This document shows, piece by piece, positions 39,648-52,700 of a stretch of DNA of 64,000 nt. Position numbers and translations under genes: made by a program. The notes under the pieces were generated by a model. The model made no database searches and had not been told where the DNA came from. It saw only the letters and a program-made list of their open reading frames with translations. This DNA is from Vitrella brassicaformis CCMP3155. Taxonomy: Eukaryota > Protista > Chromerida. The DNA is taken from assembly GCA_001179505.1 (NCBI GenBank), contig CDMY01000286.1, positions 70,346 through 134,345 of the forward strand, written 5' to 3'. Positions within the stretch are counted from its first letter, which is position 1; every line of letters begins with the position of its first letter.

Positions 39648-41885
39648 CGTGTGTGTGTCTGTGTGTGTCGCATGTACCTGGCTGGCATGTATACATGCGT
39701 GGGTAGGGGTGAAGGGTCTGCTGTGTGGCTGGGGTGCTTGCCTACCACTCACTCCTCGTTCTGACTGTGTGCAGCGCTCTTCGAGTGCCTCGCACCTGCA
39801 CGCCATGCTGCATGTGGTGGATGGGGGATGGGGGTATGCGCCATGCACAGCGATTTGTATGTGTGCGTGTGAGTGCCCGTACATAATACTGTACTGTACT
39901 CACACATTCATGCATCTCTCTCGTGTCCTTGCCTGGTGTGGCCTGTCCGACTGTTCGCTCTTGCTGGCTGTTCTGTTGCATTTGTGTGCGTGTGTGATGG
40001 TGCCGGTATCTTTGGCGTCTGTGGCGTGGGCGGGGCGGTCGTTATACGTCAGTACGTCATTCTTGTTGTGCTTGGATGAGTGAGCGAGTCGTCCACCGAG
40101 CCCTCACCTGATGTGATCTGCGTGGGATGACTGCCTGTGCATGGGCACGGATCACGCCACAGACAGGGGAGGGAGGGAGGGTTTGTACGTCCATGCGATA
40201 AGTGAATCAGACACCAACGAGATGCATTCACGCACACACATCGACTGAATGACTCACCGAGATGTGCTCACGCGCATCGCGAACGAACGTGAAAACAGCC
40301 AAATGGCATCAGACGTCTTGGTTGATATGCATTTCTTGCTTAATCGTGAGTCTGCTTATGTCCCGAGTGGCACCCCATCCCGTACAGAGCAAGTGTGGAA
40401 TCGGCGTTCGCCATGGCCTGCACGTGAGTGACGGGCCCACCCTGCTCAGAATCAACCATGAACACACACACACACACGTGTGCCATCCATCCATCCGCGT
40501 GTGTTGTGTGTGTGTCTCGAATCTGACACAGGCACAAGTCCATCCATCCATTTGGGCTTCCTGTGTGGCTGTGTCTGTCACCGAGGTGGGACGGCTTGCG
40601 CGAGAGGTCACCTGAAGTGATAGCAGACGGACACATGGATGGATGGATGGATGGCAAAGTGTACCCACAGAGATCATCCCGCGAGATCAGAAATACACAG
40701 AGACATAAGGAGACAAAAGGAGACACAGACATCTGAAGTGCATTCGTGAGCTGTCCACCTGTCTGTCTGTCCGTCCGTCTGTCTGAATTATGCCCTACCC
40801 TCATCCTCATCTGCAGCCATCCATGGCCAATGGCATGACTTACACAGAGACATGCACGGAAAGATGATGATTGTGTGTGCATTGGCTTCAGTCGTGAGTA
40901 TCTCGAGAGTGAGCTGATTGCCCTTCGTCACACCTGGCAAACTGATGACGGACAGCAGCAAACACACACCGAGAGAGAAAGAGAGAGAGAAAATTCGAAG
41001 CAGAATGCATTCATCCATTATATCCTCATGTGAATGACTTACGCGTCGGTCTTGCTCATTCTGACAGGCTGTTGGTGCTGCTGTGCGGTGTCGCCCCGAC
41101 GACAAACGACACCGACCACGACGCCATGATTGACGAGACGAGACGAGAGGCCAATCAGTCAGTCATCAATCAATGTCAATCACTGATCGACTCTCGCCGT
41201 GGCAAATTCAACACCCCACGTACGGCACGTACTTCACCCATGCGTCCCCACAGGACTGACTCGACCAATGTGTATGCAAGAATTGATGACTTCCAACGCG
41301 CAAACGCACCCGACGATCGACTTGGGTCACAGCGAAAGACCGACGGGTATGTATGTATGTATGTACGTAGACGGAGAGCACCGACCATGGTCTGTCCAGC
41401 TCATCCAGGCTAGCCAGCCCAGTCGGCGACGCAACAAAGCTCAAAATCTATCATAAAGCCATGCAATAGATGAACGGCTCAACGAATGGCAAACCCTATA
41501 CATGTGCGACCAAATGCTCGGCCTCGATTGTCCCCGCACGGCACGTCTATTGCTTTTTCTTGTACGAGAACTTCAAGGTGTAGTTGGCGGGGAGGGGAAG
41601 AATCGGGTAGCGCTGATGGACACGATTGGGGTCCTGTAAGCACACAGCAGCAGAGACAGGACAGGTACCAGCCATTCAGCATGGCGGCAGGGGCTTTTTT
41701 AATCACGCACGTACCAGCAGGCAGCAACTACAATGGATAAAGAATAATACACAGGCCGTAGAGAGAGAAAGAAAGATAGACACAGTCTCTCGCTGCGATG
41801 ATATGTAGGTATGTATCGGCAAGGGTGTAGCAGCACAAAAACCAAAAACATTGCCCCCTCCCTGTTCCATACAGACCCACCCACA

Positions 41886-44439
41886 TTACTCGCTTTGTGT
41901 ATCACTCTCACTCCTGCTGCTATCTGTCCCGTCCTCTCTCTCCCTTGCAGCCAAGAACCTGCCCGCCACCCTCTTGGCCACATCGGGACGACGGATCCAA
42001 TACAAGTTCTGTCGCTTTCCAAACTCAAACGCTGACGTGCCCACATCAAGCCGAGCCGCCCTAAGTTCTGGCCGGGTCTCCTCTATTTTTTCTAAACGCT
42101 TGCCAATTCCCTCCACCCTAAAGACTACCTCTCTCTCCTCTATTTTTCCCTTAGGAGGGGCGGGCCTGAAAATGCCCTCCGCTGTCGCACTGCTGCCTGG
42201 GCTCACTGGTGGTGCGCTTGTTGTGCTTGAGCCTGTTGTGCCCCTGCCTGTCTGCTCGCTTCTAGGAGGATTGCTGGCTGGCGCCTCTGTCTCACCAGAA
42301 GAAGGAGTGGGCGACGCGGTAGTGGCTGCCTCTGTCCGAAGCGGGCCAATCGGCACCACCCCCTCTTGTGTTCTGACAAGAGTGACGTTGTCTCCTCCCT
42401 GCTCCTGCCTAGGGCCTGCCTCATCCCCGCCTGTCTCTGTCTCTGTCTTTCTCTCCCCTGCAGTACCAGACGAGACATCTGCACCATAACTGCCCGCTCC
42501 TTCTGCCCCCCCGCCCCCTTCACATTCACGCACGCCACCAGTGGCCCCCCCGCCCCCCGGATCGGGTATGTACGGCACGACAGGGAACCCATGCACCTCT
42601 AGTGGCTGTACCTTCTCTTTCTTCTCCTTCTTCTTGCCGGGCGTCTTGTAGATGAGGGTGCCTGCAGGAACCGCCATGACGCACTTCTCCCTTTTCTCGT
42701 CCAGCACAAAGCCACCGTCCTTCACGTGCTCGCACTCCAATGCCGGCTTGTAAATCGTTACCTTGGCGCACGCCTTGTTCTGTGCGTTGTAATAGCTGAC
42801 GCACATACGCACGTACGCACATACGCAGAGAGAAAGAGGTATCCGTATATTCTGCGGCTTCTCTCATCCACTCACCCCTTTGGGCATTCAATCTTGAGTA
42901 CATCCTTTTCCTTGACCTGGTCGACACAATCGCCCGTGAGGGGGTCCAGTTTAAACTTGTAAGGGCACCGTATCTCTGCGTCGTCGATCTTGTGCTTCAC
43001 ACAAGCGTCGAACTCCGCTCGAAAATACCAACCCTGAAAAGGGTTTCGCAGAGGCCACGAGAGACATGAATTGCCTGTCCCTGGGCCTACCTCATGGCAA
43101 TTGTCCTTGGCTTTCGGTGCTGTGCCCATGTACTGCTTGCAAGTGATGCCCAGTTTGTCCATAGTGTATCCCTCCGGGCACACACTCATGATCTCGCAGT
43201 GCTTCTTGAAGCCCGGCTTGACGTGCTCCTTCTTGTCTCCCAGCAGCTTTCGGCCAGGTGCGGTCCCAAAGCCCTGCTCCCACATCTTGACCAGATCCAT
43301 CTCGCGAGGGTCATTTTCTGGATTGTCCGCTGTCCCTGGGTTGTCTTGCTGGGCCTCGAGGGCCCTCCTCTTTTTCGTGTCGTCTGGCTGTTTGGTGCTG
43401 ATGTAGGAGCAGATCTCTTGGTGGTTTGGCGGCACCTCGTTGATGATGATGCACACCTCCATCTTGCCCTCGGTCTCCTTCTGCACCAAGGCACACAAAC
43501 GCACTGTGCATCTATTCGCGGCTGTACATGTGTCGACCTTTTTGAAGCCTTCGGGGCAGTAGGTATTGGGAAAGTAGACTTCGTTCTTGATGCAGTAGGC
43601 AAAAGGCCCCTTTGGCTGCTCCGCCTCTTTCTTGTGGGGCTCTCCTTTCGGGCTGTGGTAGCTGGACTTGTACGCATCCTCAACCGGATACTTGGACTCA
43701 ATCCTCCACCATCTGCCGCACACAGACCGAACACGCAGGAAAAAAGAGGTGGGGACAGATGTAGGCATGTGCGATGGTGCCTGCAGCCGACAAGGGCTCA
43801 CGTACTTTGGCTGGCCTTCCTTGTGGCCGCATTGAGGGCTGGGGGGCTCCCGCTTCTCCCCCACACACTTGTACAAGAGCACATCGGGATGGAGACCCTC
43901 CGGACACTCCTGCACATGATTGATCAATCATGATCAATCAACACGGCTGAAAATGAGGGAAGGAGAAAACAGGCAGGCAAAATGCCTTGACACTCACTAT
44001 TTTGACAGGCTCTGTCTGGTCAAACATGTTGACGTAGTGGCACTGCTTAGTAACATAATCAAGCCGTTCAATCGCATCTTTGGTCTTCTTCCCTGAACAC
44101 ACATAAGACATGAGCAAGCTCGTCACCATCGACACACTTGCCGTCCATACATCCTCCCCAAACCAATCTACCTGCGAGGAACTTCAGGCAGTGCCTGATG
44201 GGTTCGACTTCAACGATGGTGCCCTTGGGCACCACAAAGGGCTTCTCCGGTAGCTTGTGCTTCTTCGCGTTGTCTTTGTCCTTGTCAGACGTCGCCATGA
44301 TGAAGTTTTCCCCGTACCCGCCCATCGACAGAGTGAGGGGCGTGTCAAAGTCCATGGGGGTGAGCGTGTCGGCGTCGGCAGCAGCTTGTTGGGCGGCGAG
44401 CCTCTTACAGATAAGGGAGAGAAGGAAGAAACGCAGCAT
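41886..44439 (-). CDS. Secreted Cys-repeat protein resembling coccidian oocyst wall proteins (COWP/OWP type); 3' end uncertain
   Basis: Signal MLRFFLLSLICKRLAAQQAAA. Repeats ECPEGLHPDVLLYKC, YCPEGFKKVDTC, VCPEGYTMDKLGITC, RCPYKFKLDPLTGDC, ECPKG..NKAC and EC..GGFVLDEKREKC. Confidence 0.7.
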
Positions 44440-44493
44440 CGCGGCGGGAGAATCATTGGGCAGATGATGACCGTGACAAGGGTTCTTGGGTGT

Positions 44494-44535
44494 AGGGTAA
44501 GTTACCCTGAGCCCCAAACCCTAATGTCTGCCTCC
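44494..44535. promoter_or_regulatory. Palindrome AGGGTAA-G-TTACCCT plus telobox AAACCCTAA
   Basis: Perfect 7-bp inverted repeat about 55 bp upstream of the ATG at 44439. Confidence 0.5.
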
Positions 44536-45038
44536 GAGGAATTAATGATCGCCCCTGTGTGGCAATAAATGATTAGCCGAACCCACGTAAGTCATGCAAA
44601 TGTTCTTTACTTGTGATGTCCGCATTCTTGCCTGCATTCTGTATTTGATGCCTGATGATTGATGTGAAACGGTGCCTCGAATCCATGTATGTATGTATGT
44701 GCAGAGAGATTGAATGAATTAATAAGGTGGTGGTGTGCGGGAGATGATTGTATATCCCAAACCAAACCAAACCAAATGCACGATAAGAGTCATTCACATG
44801 TGCTGCATGACGCATGCATTGACATTAAGGCAGACCGATGCGCGCCAATCAGGCAAGTGAGACAAGGCAGCACACAGCCCAGGAAAGAAGGACAGACCAT
44901 CCACACACCAGAGAGAGCCGAATAGCCAGCTATGTACGTATGGATGTATGCATGTATGCACATCATCACATCCTACTGACGCACTTGTCTGTCTCTTGGC
45001 CTGTCTGTCTGTCTGTCTCACTCATCTGTGGTCGTCGG

Positions 45039-48000
45039 CTATCTGCCCTGCTGTTTCCTGAGCAGCCCACAATACCGCCCGACCATAACGTAGGTCGCCT
45101 GCACATTAAGCCGCGTCATCTGCACACACCATTATGAGTCAAGTTTCACCCATTTCTCTTGCCTACCCACCTGGGGGAACACTGATCCGTCGCAGATTGC
45201 CAGATTCTCCAAACCCATCACGCGAAACTCCTTGTCAACCACAGTGCCCATCGCCGCCGATCTGCAGAAGGCACACATACATCGACAGGCATGACCGTGT
45301 GTATACTGTGTATGCGTGCTGTACCCGGTCCAATGCCAGGTGCCCACGCTGTGCGTCTTAACGAAATCCCCCAGGCTCTCACGATCCAAGACATCTGATA
45401 TCCACCGTGCACAGTGTTCAACGCAATGCAAGGCGGAAAAATGTCGCGCTCATCTGTCTGGGTGCACACACCTGTGGGGAGTGGCGGGACGGCAGCGAAG
45501 CGTGTCGCTGCCCGCAGCTGCCGTCGCCTCTCACACTCCTCTGATGGAACCAAGTCGCATGCCAGATCGTCCAGAATGCCCTCCTGCACACGACCACACA
45601 GCGCACGTGTGTGAATGGACAGAGACAAGTGCACTGACGGCTGCTGACCGGCATTGAGGCGGGCGCTGACGCTCGCGTCACTTGTTCCCGCAGCCATTCT
45701 GCCACCGGAGACTGGTCGCCCAGCCACTCAGACTCGGAAGCATCATTCTCACTCCGAGCGTCCCTGCCCTCCTTCAACGCATCGTTTTTTCTCTTCTGCA
45801 GCTCCATCCACAGCAGGGCGTCCTGGAGAAAGCTGTCCGACCGACCACTGTGGCCTTGTGTGTCGGTGACATTCGTGTGCGATTCGAGAAAGGCCGTGAA
45901 AGAGGGGAGGGAGTCGGTGTCGATGTCTCCCGGGAAGGGCAGCTTTCTGCTGGCGATAACGAGCATGTCCACCAGCTTGTTGAAGATGAATGTTGGGCAC
46001 GACAAAGGACCGGGCTTCTCGAACAAGGAATAAAATCGACCGCTGCCCATCACCTACACACAAGACACGTGCACGTGTGTGTACAGGCTCGCTCATGTGT
46101 GAATATCGCATCGCATCCTTACTCGCAACAGAGTCTCAACGCCGAGTATGGAGCTGTTGAGGTCCAGACCCTCCTCGTCTGTCAGATAACCGGCAGTCAA
46201 TATGGGCTCACCTGACATACGCAGTCGCAGACAAGCAGATGAGACCCCCCTATTCGTGTCCATCCGTTTTCGCTTACCCCATTCGCTCACAGTAACGTTG
46301 CCACGTGACTTGGGGACCACCGGAAACGAGATGAATGCGGCGACCCGCCTGCATCCATCCATCCATCCATGGCACACACATGGCACACACAGGGCCAGTT
46401 CTCTTTCCATGTTGATGTCTCGACTGCCCGCCCACCTGACACAGTCGAACACGGGATGCAGGGGTGCACAAGCTATCGAGTCCTCTTTGTCGAGGCACTC
46501 GGTCAGCAGCGAGACAAGGAAGTCCACTTCGCTGATGACATGCACAAACAACGGCTCATGAGTGAGAGCGTGTGTGCTTTCATCCGACAATATTGTATGC
46601 GTACGGCAGAGCACGTAGGACGGGCGGGAAGATCGCCCTGGTGGCCAGGAAGAGGCCGACTGCGTCGGTTCCTGACGCTTCCTCTGACATGACGTACGTG
46701 CACTCGAGACTTGTGTCAGTGATCCTGCACACACCACACAGGTACCGACGCGCGCACAATGAGAGCCAGCCAGTGTTTAAACCCCGCCTGCCTTTCTGTG
46801 TTGTGTGTACCCAAAATCCTCGGGACACTTATCGCCGACGACCTTGATTCCGCCAGCAAGGGCGACTGTGATCGGGACACCGCCCTCGGGGATGGGCTTT
46901 TTGAAGAATACGCCAATGGTCGACGCGAAACGGTCATGCAGATTCTGCCCTATCCAGGCACACATGCACACAGCAAAGCGACTACAGGCCTATAGCCAAT
47001 CCCCATGCCTACCTAATTCAGGGATGTCTTTGACGATCTCTGTGCCCCTCCCCTCCATGACCTTCTGCACCACGTCCTTCGGTCCGATGCCGCTGTTCAT
47101 CCCCAGGACCGGCGAAAAGATAGGACCCGCGGCGATGAGGACCTCCCCTTTTGCCCGAATGCAGGCCCGCTTTACGTCGCCATCTTCCCTGGCCCTTCCC
47201 GTCTGTGCTATGTCTCTCTTCCCCCCCTTGGCCGACAGCCCAGCATTCGCTCGCGAGTCTATGGGCTCCAACACATCCGGCGAGTCGGCGTACACAACAC
47301 ATGTGGCTCTCGGATTGCCCGTCTCTTCATTCTTCTCGAACTGAACGCGCAGCGCCGTTTGCCGAGTTAGGATCTTCAGCCTCCTCGGCAGGCCAGGCGG
47401 ATTGGCAAGGCCCCCAAGCGCCAGATCATCTGATGCGAAGCGCCTCCTGTCGGGCGAGAACTCCTTGCCGTCATTTTCGAACTGGGAGAAGACGTTAAAT
47501 GAGCCGACGGAGAAGGTGGGGGAGGGACCGACGAACGGGTCAAATCCCAGATCTTGCAAGGAGGCTATGTATGCGGGTCCATAGGTCTCAGGGATTCCCA
47601 TGGGCTGGGCTATCTGCTCGCGAACCCATGCGTACGACTGCAGACACAGATAAGGAAGCAGACCAACATCGCCATGAACAGACCGACCCTGGCCCAGTGG
47701 TTGACCTCGGTGACCAGCTGTAGGTCGAACTGGGCACCGAACTCCTCTCTCAAATACTCAAAGTACTCCGGGGTCTCCTCTATCTGAGAAAGAACACATA
47801 CGCCACACGTGCGTACCGACACGGCATAAGTGAGCATCCTCCCGTCTGCTCACACGCACCTGGAGACCTCCTGAGACAGCGGTGCCGCCCGAGAGGACAT
47901 TGGAGACGTGTGTGATGGCCTTGTCCACAGTGCGGATCTCTTGCGCCAGATCCTTGTTGATGAGTGCGCTGCCGAATCCTGCGATGGTGAGGGTTTCACT

Positions 48001-48228
48001 CGGGTTCTCCTCGCGCCTGCCTCCCCTTTCAAGCAGCAGCACCTCCTTGCCGCTCTCAGCAAGCGTGTACGCAAGCGGAACGCCGCTCGCACCTCCTCCG
48101 ATGACCACATAGTCAAACAGTAAGCCCGCCTGCCGTCCGTCGTCGTGCAGTTGGGCGATGGAAGGACTGAGGGAAGCAAAGAAGACGAGCGCGAAGGCGC
48201 CGGACTGTTTGCGGCTTCGCCGATGCAT
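45039..48228 (-). CDS. GMC oxidoreductase (HOTHEAD / mandelonitrile-lyase-like subgroup), probably secreted, multi-exon
   Basis: FDYVVIGGGASGVPLAYTL..VLLLERGG, NVLSGGTAVSGG and GEVLIAAGPIFSP.L.MNSGIGP. Also catalytic GTWHWTG, VVDKEFRVMGLENLAICDGSVFP and terminal RLNVQATYVMVGRYCG. Confidence 0.92.
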
Positions 48229-48390
48229 CCCAATCTGTACAGGGTACTAACGGCTGGGCTGCGAGCTTAAAAAGCGTCGTTCCTGCTTGGGACGATGGGG
48301 AATGCGGCGCCCTGAAGGCCGCCCCCGGTGCAAGCCCCGTCAACAGATTCAACATCCCCGTCGGCCACAATAGATGGGCTGCAGCATGCG

Positions 48391-49033
48391 ATGGGTGATA
48401 TGAGCCGCTCGGTGGATCTTCTGCGACAGCGATACGAGACGCGAATCAAGGAGCTCGAAGCCCAGAGAGGCGATGACGTGCAGGACATGACGGACGATAC
48501 GCACCGTTTGATGCCAGAAGGCCACACGCAGAACATCTTTGACGGTCAGTAATGATGAGAGACGAACGCTCTTTAAACAGAGAAGTGCATGCCGGTTTCG
48601 GCGCGTGTAGACCTCTGTCAGCAACAGCAGCATGACAAGTGTATCGAGCTGCTCAACGAGCGAATCGAGATGCTCGAAGCTCAGGTGGACGACTACAAGA
48701 AGGAAAGGGATGAGTGGAAGCATAGGTACCAGCAGGCCGAAACCCAACGCGATGAGTGGAAGCGTCGATGTGAGGAGGTGCACGAGCCACGACAACCATC
48801 CAGTCAGCTTGCCAGCCAGCCAGGCAAAAATCAGTGTTTTCTTGGTATATATGCAGTTCCAAGACCAGGCATGTCGAGCGCAGGAAGACCTTAGAGAGTT
48901 GGGCAAGGGCTGCTGCAGAGGTGGACGCCAGCAGCAACATGGCCCTCTGCAGTGCTTCGATATCATCCTCACAGCCATCTGCCTCTGCCAGTGCTGCTGC
49001 TTCCTCACCATCCGCCCTGCTGGATGGCACTGA
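48391..49033 (+). CDS. Hypothetical coiled-coil protein (3 probable exons)
   Basis: Heptad-rich exons SVDLLRQRYETRIKELEAQ, IELLNERIEMLEAQVDDYKKERDEWK and FQDQACRAQEDLRELG. Confidence 0.45.
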
Positions 49034-49713
49034 GCCTGACGGGACGGGTCTGCTGCGGGCAGAGGAATCCTGACGGCAAGGCAGGGGCAGTGAAGCGAGC
49101 GTCGAGCTGGAAACGGATAATGGCAGCGGGCCCCGTAGGTACATTTCCCCGTAGGCGAATGTGTCTCTCCCGGCTGGCTGGCTGGCTGGCTCGCTGTATT
49201 CATGTATGTGTGTGTCCTCTGTCTATGCGTTGAGTGTGGCTATGAGTAGCAGGGGGCAGGGCGGGGGGAGAGCGGTATGGGTGCTGTTTTCGATGTCTCG
49301 TGCTTTCAAGACTGCCTGGCCTGGGTCCATCAATATGTGTGTCTCTGTTTGCTGTCTGCTGCATGGTCGGGCTGTAACTCGGTTGGACCATCGATTTCAC
49401 CGTATCAGTGGTTTCACTTTGATGCATTCACGATCTCACTCTTCTTACGCGGAGACGGACTTCAAACCATGGTCAGCTCACACACATCAAGGTCTTCACG
49501 TGGTCTGAAGGTGCCCCTGAGGGGGGCGAGCAAGGTGGATCGCTGTGTCCGCGATTCCACTCCGACCTTTTTCACCTTCACTACTCGCTCCCCGCGTAAT
49601 TTTGTTCCAAAGGGGGCGGGAATCCAAGCTCACGCCGCCACTTCTAGTCGCCCTGGCGCCGCTTTGCACCGACGAAAGTCCGCCGTGCTCCTCAACTTCA
49701 CCGGCTGTGACCA

Positions 49714-52700
49714 ATGACACTCGGCAAGCTGAAGAAGGGCCGTGTCCGCAGGTCAGGTGCCTCGAACAGGGCTCCTGACTCGAGGTTCGTGGTAGCTACA
49801 TCCAGGGGCTGCCCACATGGCACCCAGTCTGCATGCATGCGTCTTTTTGTGGTGCGTGCGTGTGTGTGTCAGGATTCCCCAGGAGCCGATTCACTTCAGT
49901 GCAGAAGAGCCCAGCACCTTCAGATTTGACCTCGACAGGCGGAAAAGTAAGCCACGGCGGCATTCCATGACATTGTGTGTGTTTGCAATGCGATGTGGCT
50001 CATCGGCAGATTTCGATGCGACTCTGCGTGGATTTGCCTTCAACGCCAAGGGCGTGCCCGAGTGGCTCAAGGACAGGAAGAAAGAGCGCGAGACCAAACA
50101 GCAGATCCAGCCCACATACGACCCTGAAAAGAGCCTCAGGCTCAGGTGAGCCAGTACCAGTGCGGATGCTCTCAAAAGGATGGTGATGTGTACTTTTCTT
50201 CTGTGTGTGCAAGTGCGAGCGACTTTTCCATGACTAATATGCTGGGCCGTGCTGTGGTGCCGACGGTCCACGCGGAGCCCTCTGCCATTGCCAAAGTGCC
50301 AGGCAACAAACTCCTCAACAGCACCATGTCGACGACGTTTTCGGCCACCAGCCAATCGGTGAGAAGCACAGCGGTACACGTGTCGGCGGGACCATGTATC
50401 CTTCCTTTGGGCTGTGTGTTCGTTCAGTCAGCGTCTGCAACGCGCAAGGGTCTGACAGCTGAGAAATGGAGCCCAAAGCACTGGCACAGGTAGGTGAAAG
50501 GATCACACAAAGTCGAGAGCCCGTGTTCTCCAACTTCGTTGTCTGTGAGTGCTCTCGTCTTTCAGCGACCCAGAGTGCTTTCGGGAACCACTCGAGTATG
50601 AAACGATATTTTCCATGTGTATTGTTCCGTCCCTTTGTGTCCATCTTCCGTTTGTAGGCGAGACACGCCCGGCTCACCTGTATGGAACAGCTCTGCCAGC
50701 TCCAAGCAGGTCAGTCGATTCAGCGACTTGTCCACCAATCGATGAAATGTGCATGCCTCTTGTTCCCAGGCCAGACGCGGCAAGCACTACGACCGTCTCA
50801 TGCGGACGTGTGCCTCGCCGGAGGAAGCAGAGGAGCCCACTGGTCCGTCAAGGAACCTGTCACGCAGCATTCAAATGTCGCTGTGTCTCTACACAGAGCA
50901 AGACGAGGATCGTAGCAAGAAGGAGCTGACCCGCTTTGTCGACTACGCCAGCGGCATCGAGGGAGAGCCCGGAGGTAAGGCCGGCGCGGTCTCTCTGCAC
51001 GTGTCTCTCCCCGTGTACGTCTTTGTGTATTTGTGCATTGATGTAGAGGATGAGGGCGAGGACGAGGAGGCCTTCGACGACTGGCAAATCAGACTGAGGG
51101 CACTGCCAGAAGTGAGTCGTACAGACTCGTTTGCGCGGCATCCGTAGGTGTGTTGAATGTGCCTTTGCGACAGTTCTCTAAGATATCGGTCCTGAAGGGC
51201 CGTGAGGAGGAGAGGAAAGTTGACATCAACAGAACAAAGGTACACATGGAGCTCGCTATGGCCAAAGGAGATTTAATGGTGCGTACACTGTTTCTGACAG
51301 ACGTTGCGAAAGATGCTCCGTGAGCGATATGCTGGGAGACAGAAACTGGCGGGGGTGAGCGGGGGCAAACGCAAATGCGAACCTACACAGGAAGGAGCCT
51401 GACACATCTGGTGTGTAGGTGTGGTTTGCCAACACCGACCGTGCTCCCGGCTACATGCTGCCACAAGACTTGCAGGAGTAAGTACACAGCTCCATGTGTC
51501 ACTTTCCGCGGTAGCTTTGTGTGTGTCTGTGCAGTCTGGTGGACAAGATGGGTGTGCAGGCTTCCTTGGCTGAGGTATGCAGCCATGCTACACCCACGAG
51601 ATACCAATCGCACGTCGTGTCTGGGTGCAGTGCCGCACCTTGATAGCAGCTGTCGACAGAGACGACAAAGGTACAGACGAATCGGTCATACAGTGCTGAC
51701 GACGTCCACATCAATCGATGTGTCTCGGTCATCATCAGGCGCCGCGACCTTCTCGGAGTTCAACCATCTCATTTTCTCCACCCAGCTGCCCCTGGAGCCA
51801 CACAAGGGGGCGGCGGGCGCCCAGGGTTCGTTCAACCACCGCCAAGCCAGGAACCTCATACGCACACTCACCGCTAAGTCAGCAGCTGACAGTAGGGACA
51901 CATGGTGGCCGAGCGTGAGTGTCTGCTGTGTTGGCCAGGCTTGGCGCGATGCCTCGCGAGTTTTGGCAGGTCGACGTCAACGACGAGGGCCACATCACCC
52001 TGCCGCAATTCGACACAGCACTCAAGCGGGCGGTAAAGGCACTACATGCATCGCTTCATTCACCGATCAGAATTGCAGCTTTTCTCTCGTGACCCACAGG
52101 TGAAGGGTCTGAGTTGCGAGGCCGTGGATTGGCTATGGCACAAGGCGCTGCAGCTACAGAAGCGAGAGAAGGCCGAGCCAGGCATCACCGTAGCCCAGGG
52201 GAAGAAAGCTCTCCGCGCGTCCCTTACGCACCCTGACCTCGACGAGGCCGAGCAAGCTCAACAGCAACAACAGGAGGGAGAGGAGGGGTCGTCGCCGAGA
52301 GAGGGTCAACTGCCGTCAGCGGTCAGCAGTGGTGCGGATGAGCACGCCACGCTGGACTGGCGGGGATTCCTCAAGACAATCGCCGCATACGAACACATGC
52401 ACAGGTGCTTTGATGAACGCAGATAGGAAGGGGAAAGCAAACCCATTCATGTCGTGCCTGTTGATTCACAGGCCTCTCACGCCGCCGACGATCCAAAGCG
52501 AGCTGGTAAGAGAGAGACACGACTTCACTCACTCTTGCTCGGGTGTCTCCACGTACCTACGGTTGGTCAGAGTGTAAAGCGGTTGATCGATCGCACCCTG
52601 CCAGTGACCACCGTCGCGCCGCAGCTGCTGGACGTGCTCGAAGACGACTCCAAGAACAAGGTGGGTTCATAGATGCACAACCTATGGACGTTGCTGTGAC

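Noticed and set aside
39580-41480. Possible spliced minus-strand gene
   Set aside because: The best exon-like segment (about 40255-40425) has stops in all three frames, and I found no recognisable protein motif.
45520-45600. 'RAFWTIWHATW' as the GMC active-site motif
   Set aside because: It is in the wrong frame for the spliced model. The canonical His lies in GTWHWTG just before the SAAMG..VVD exon.
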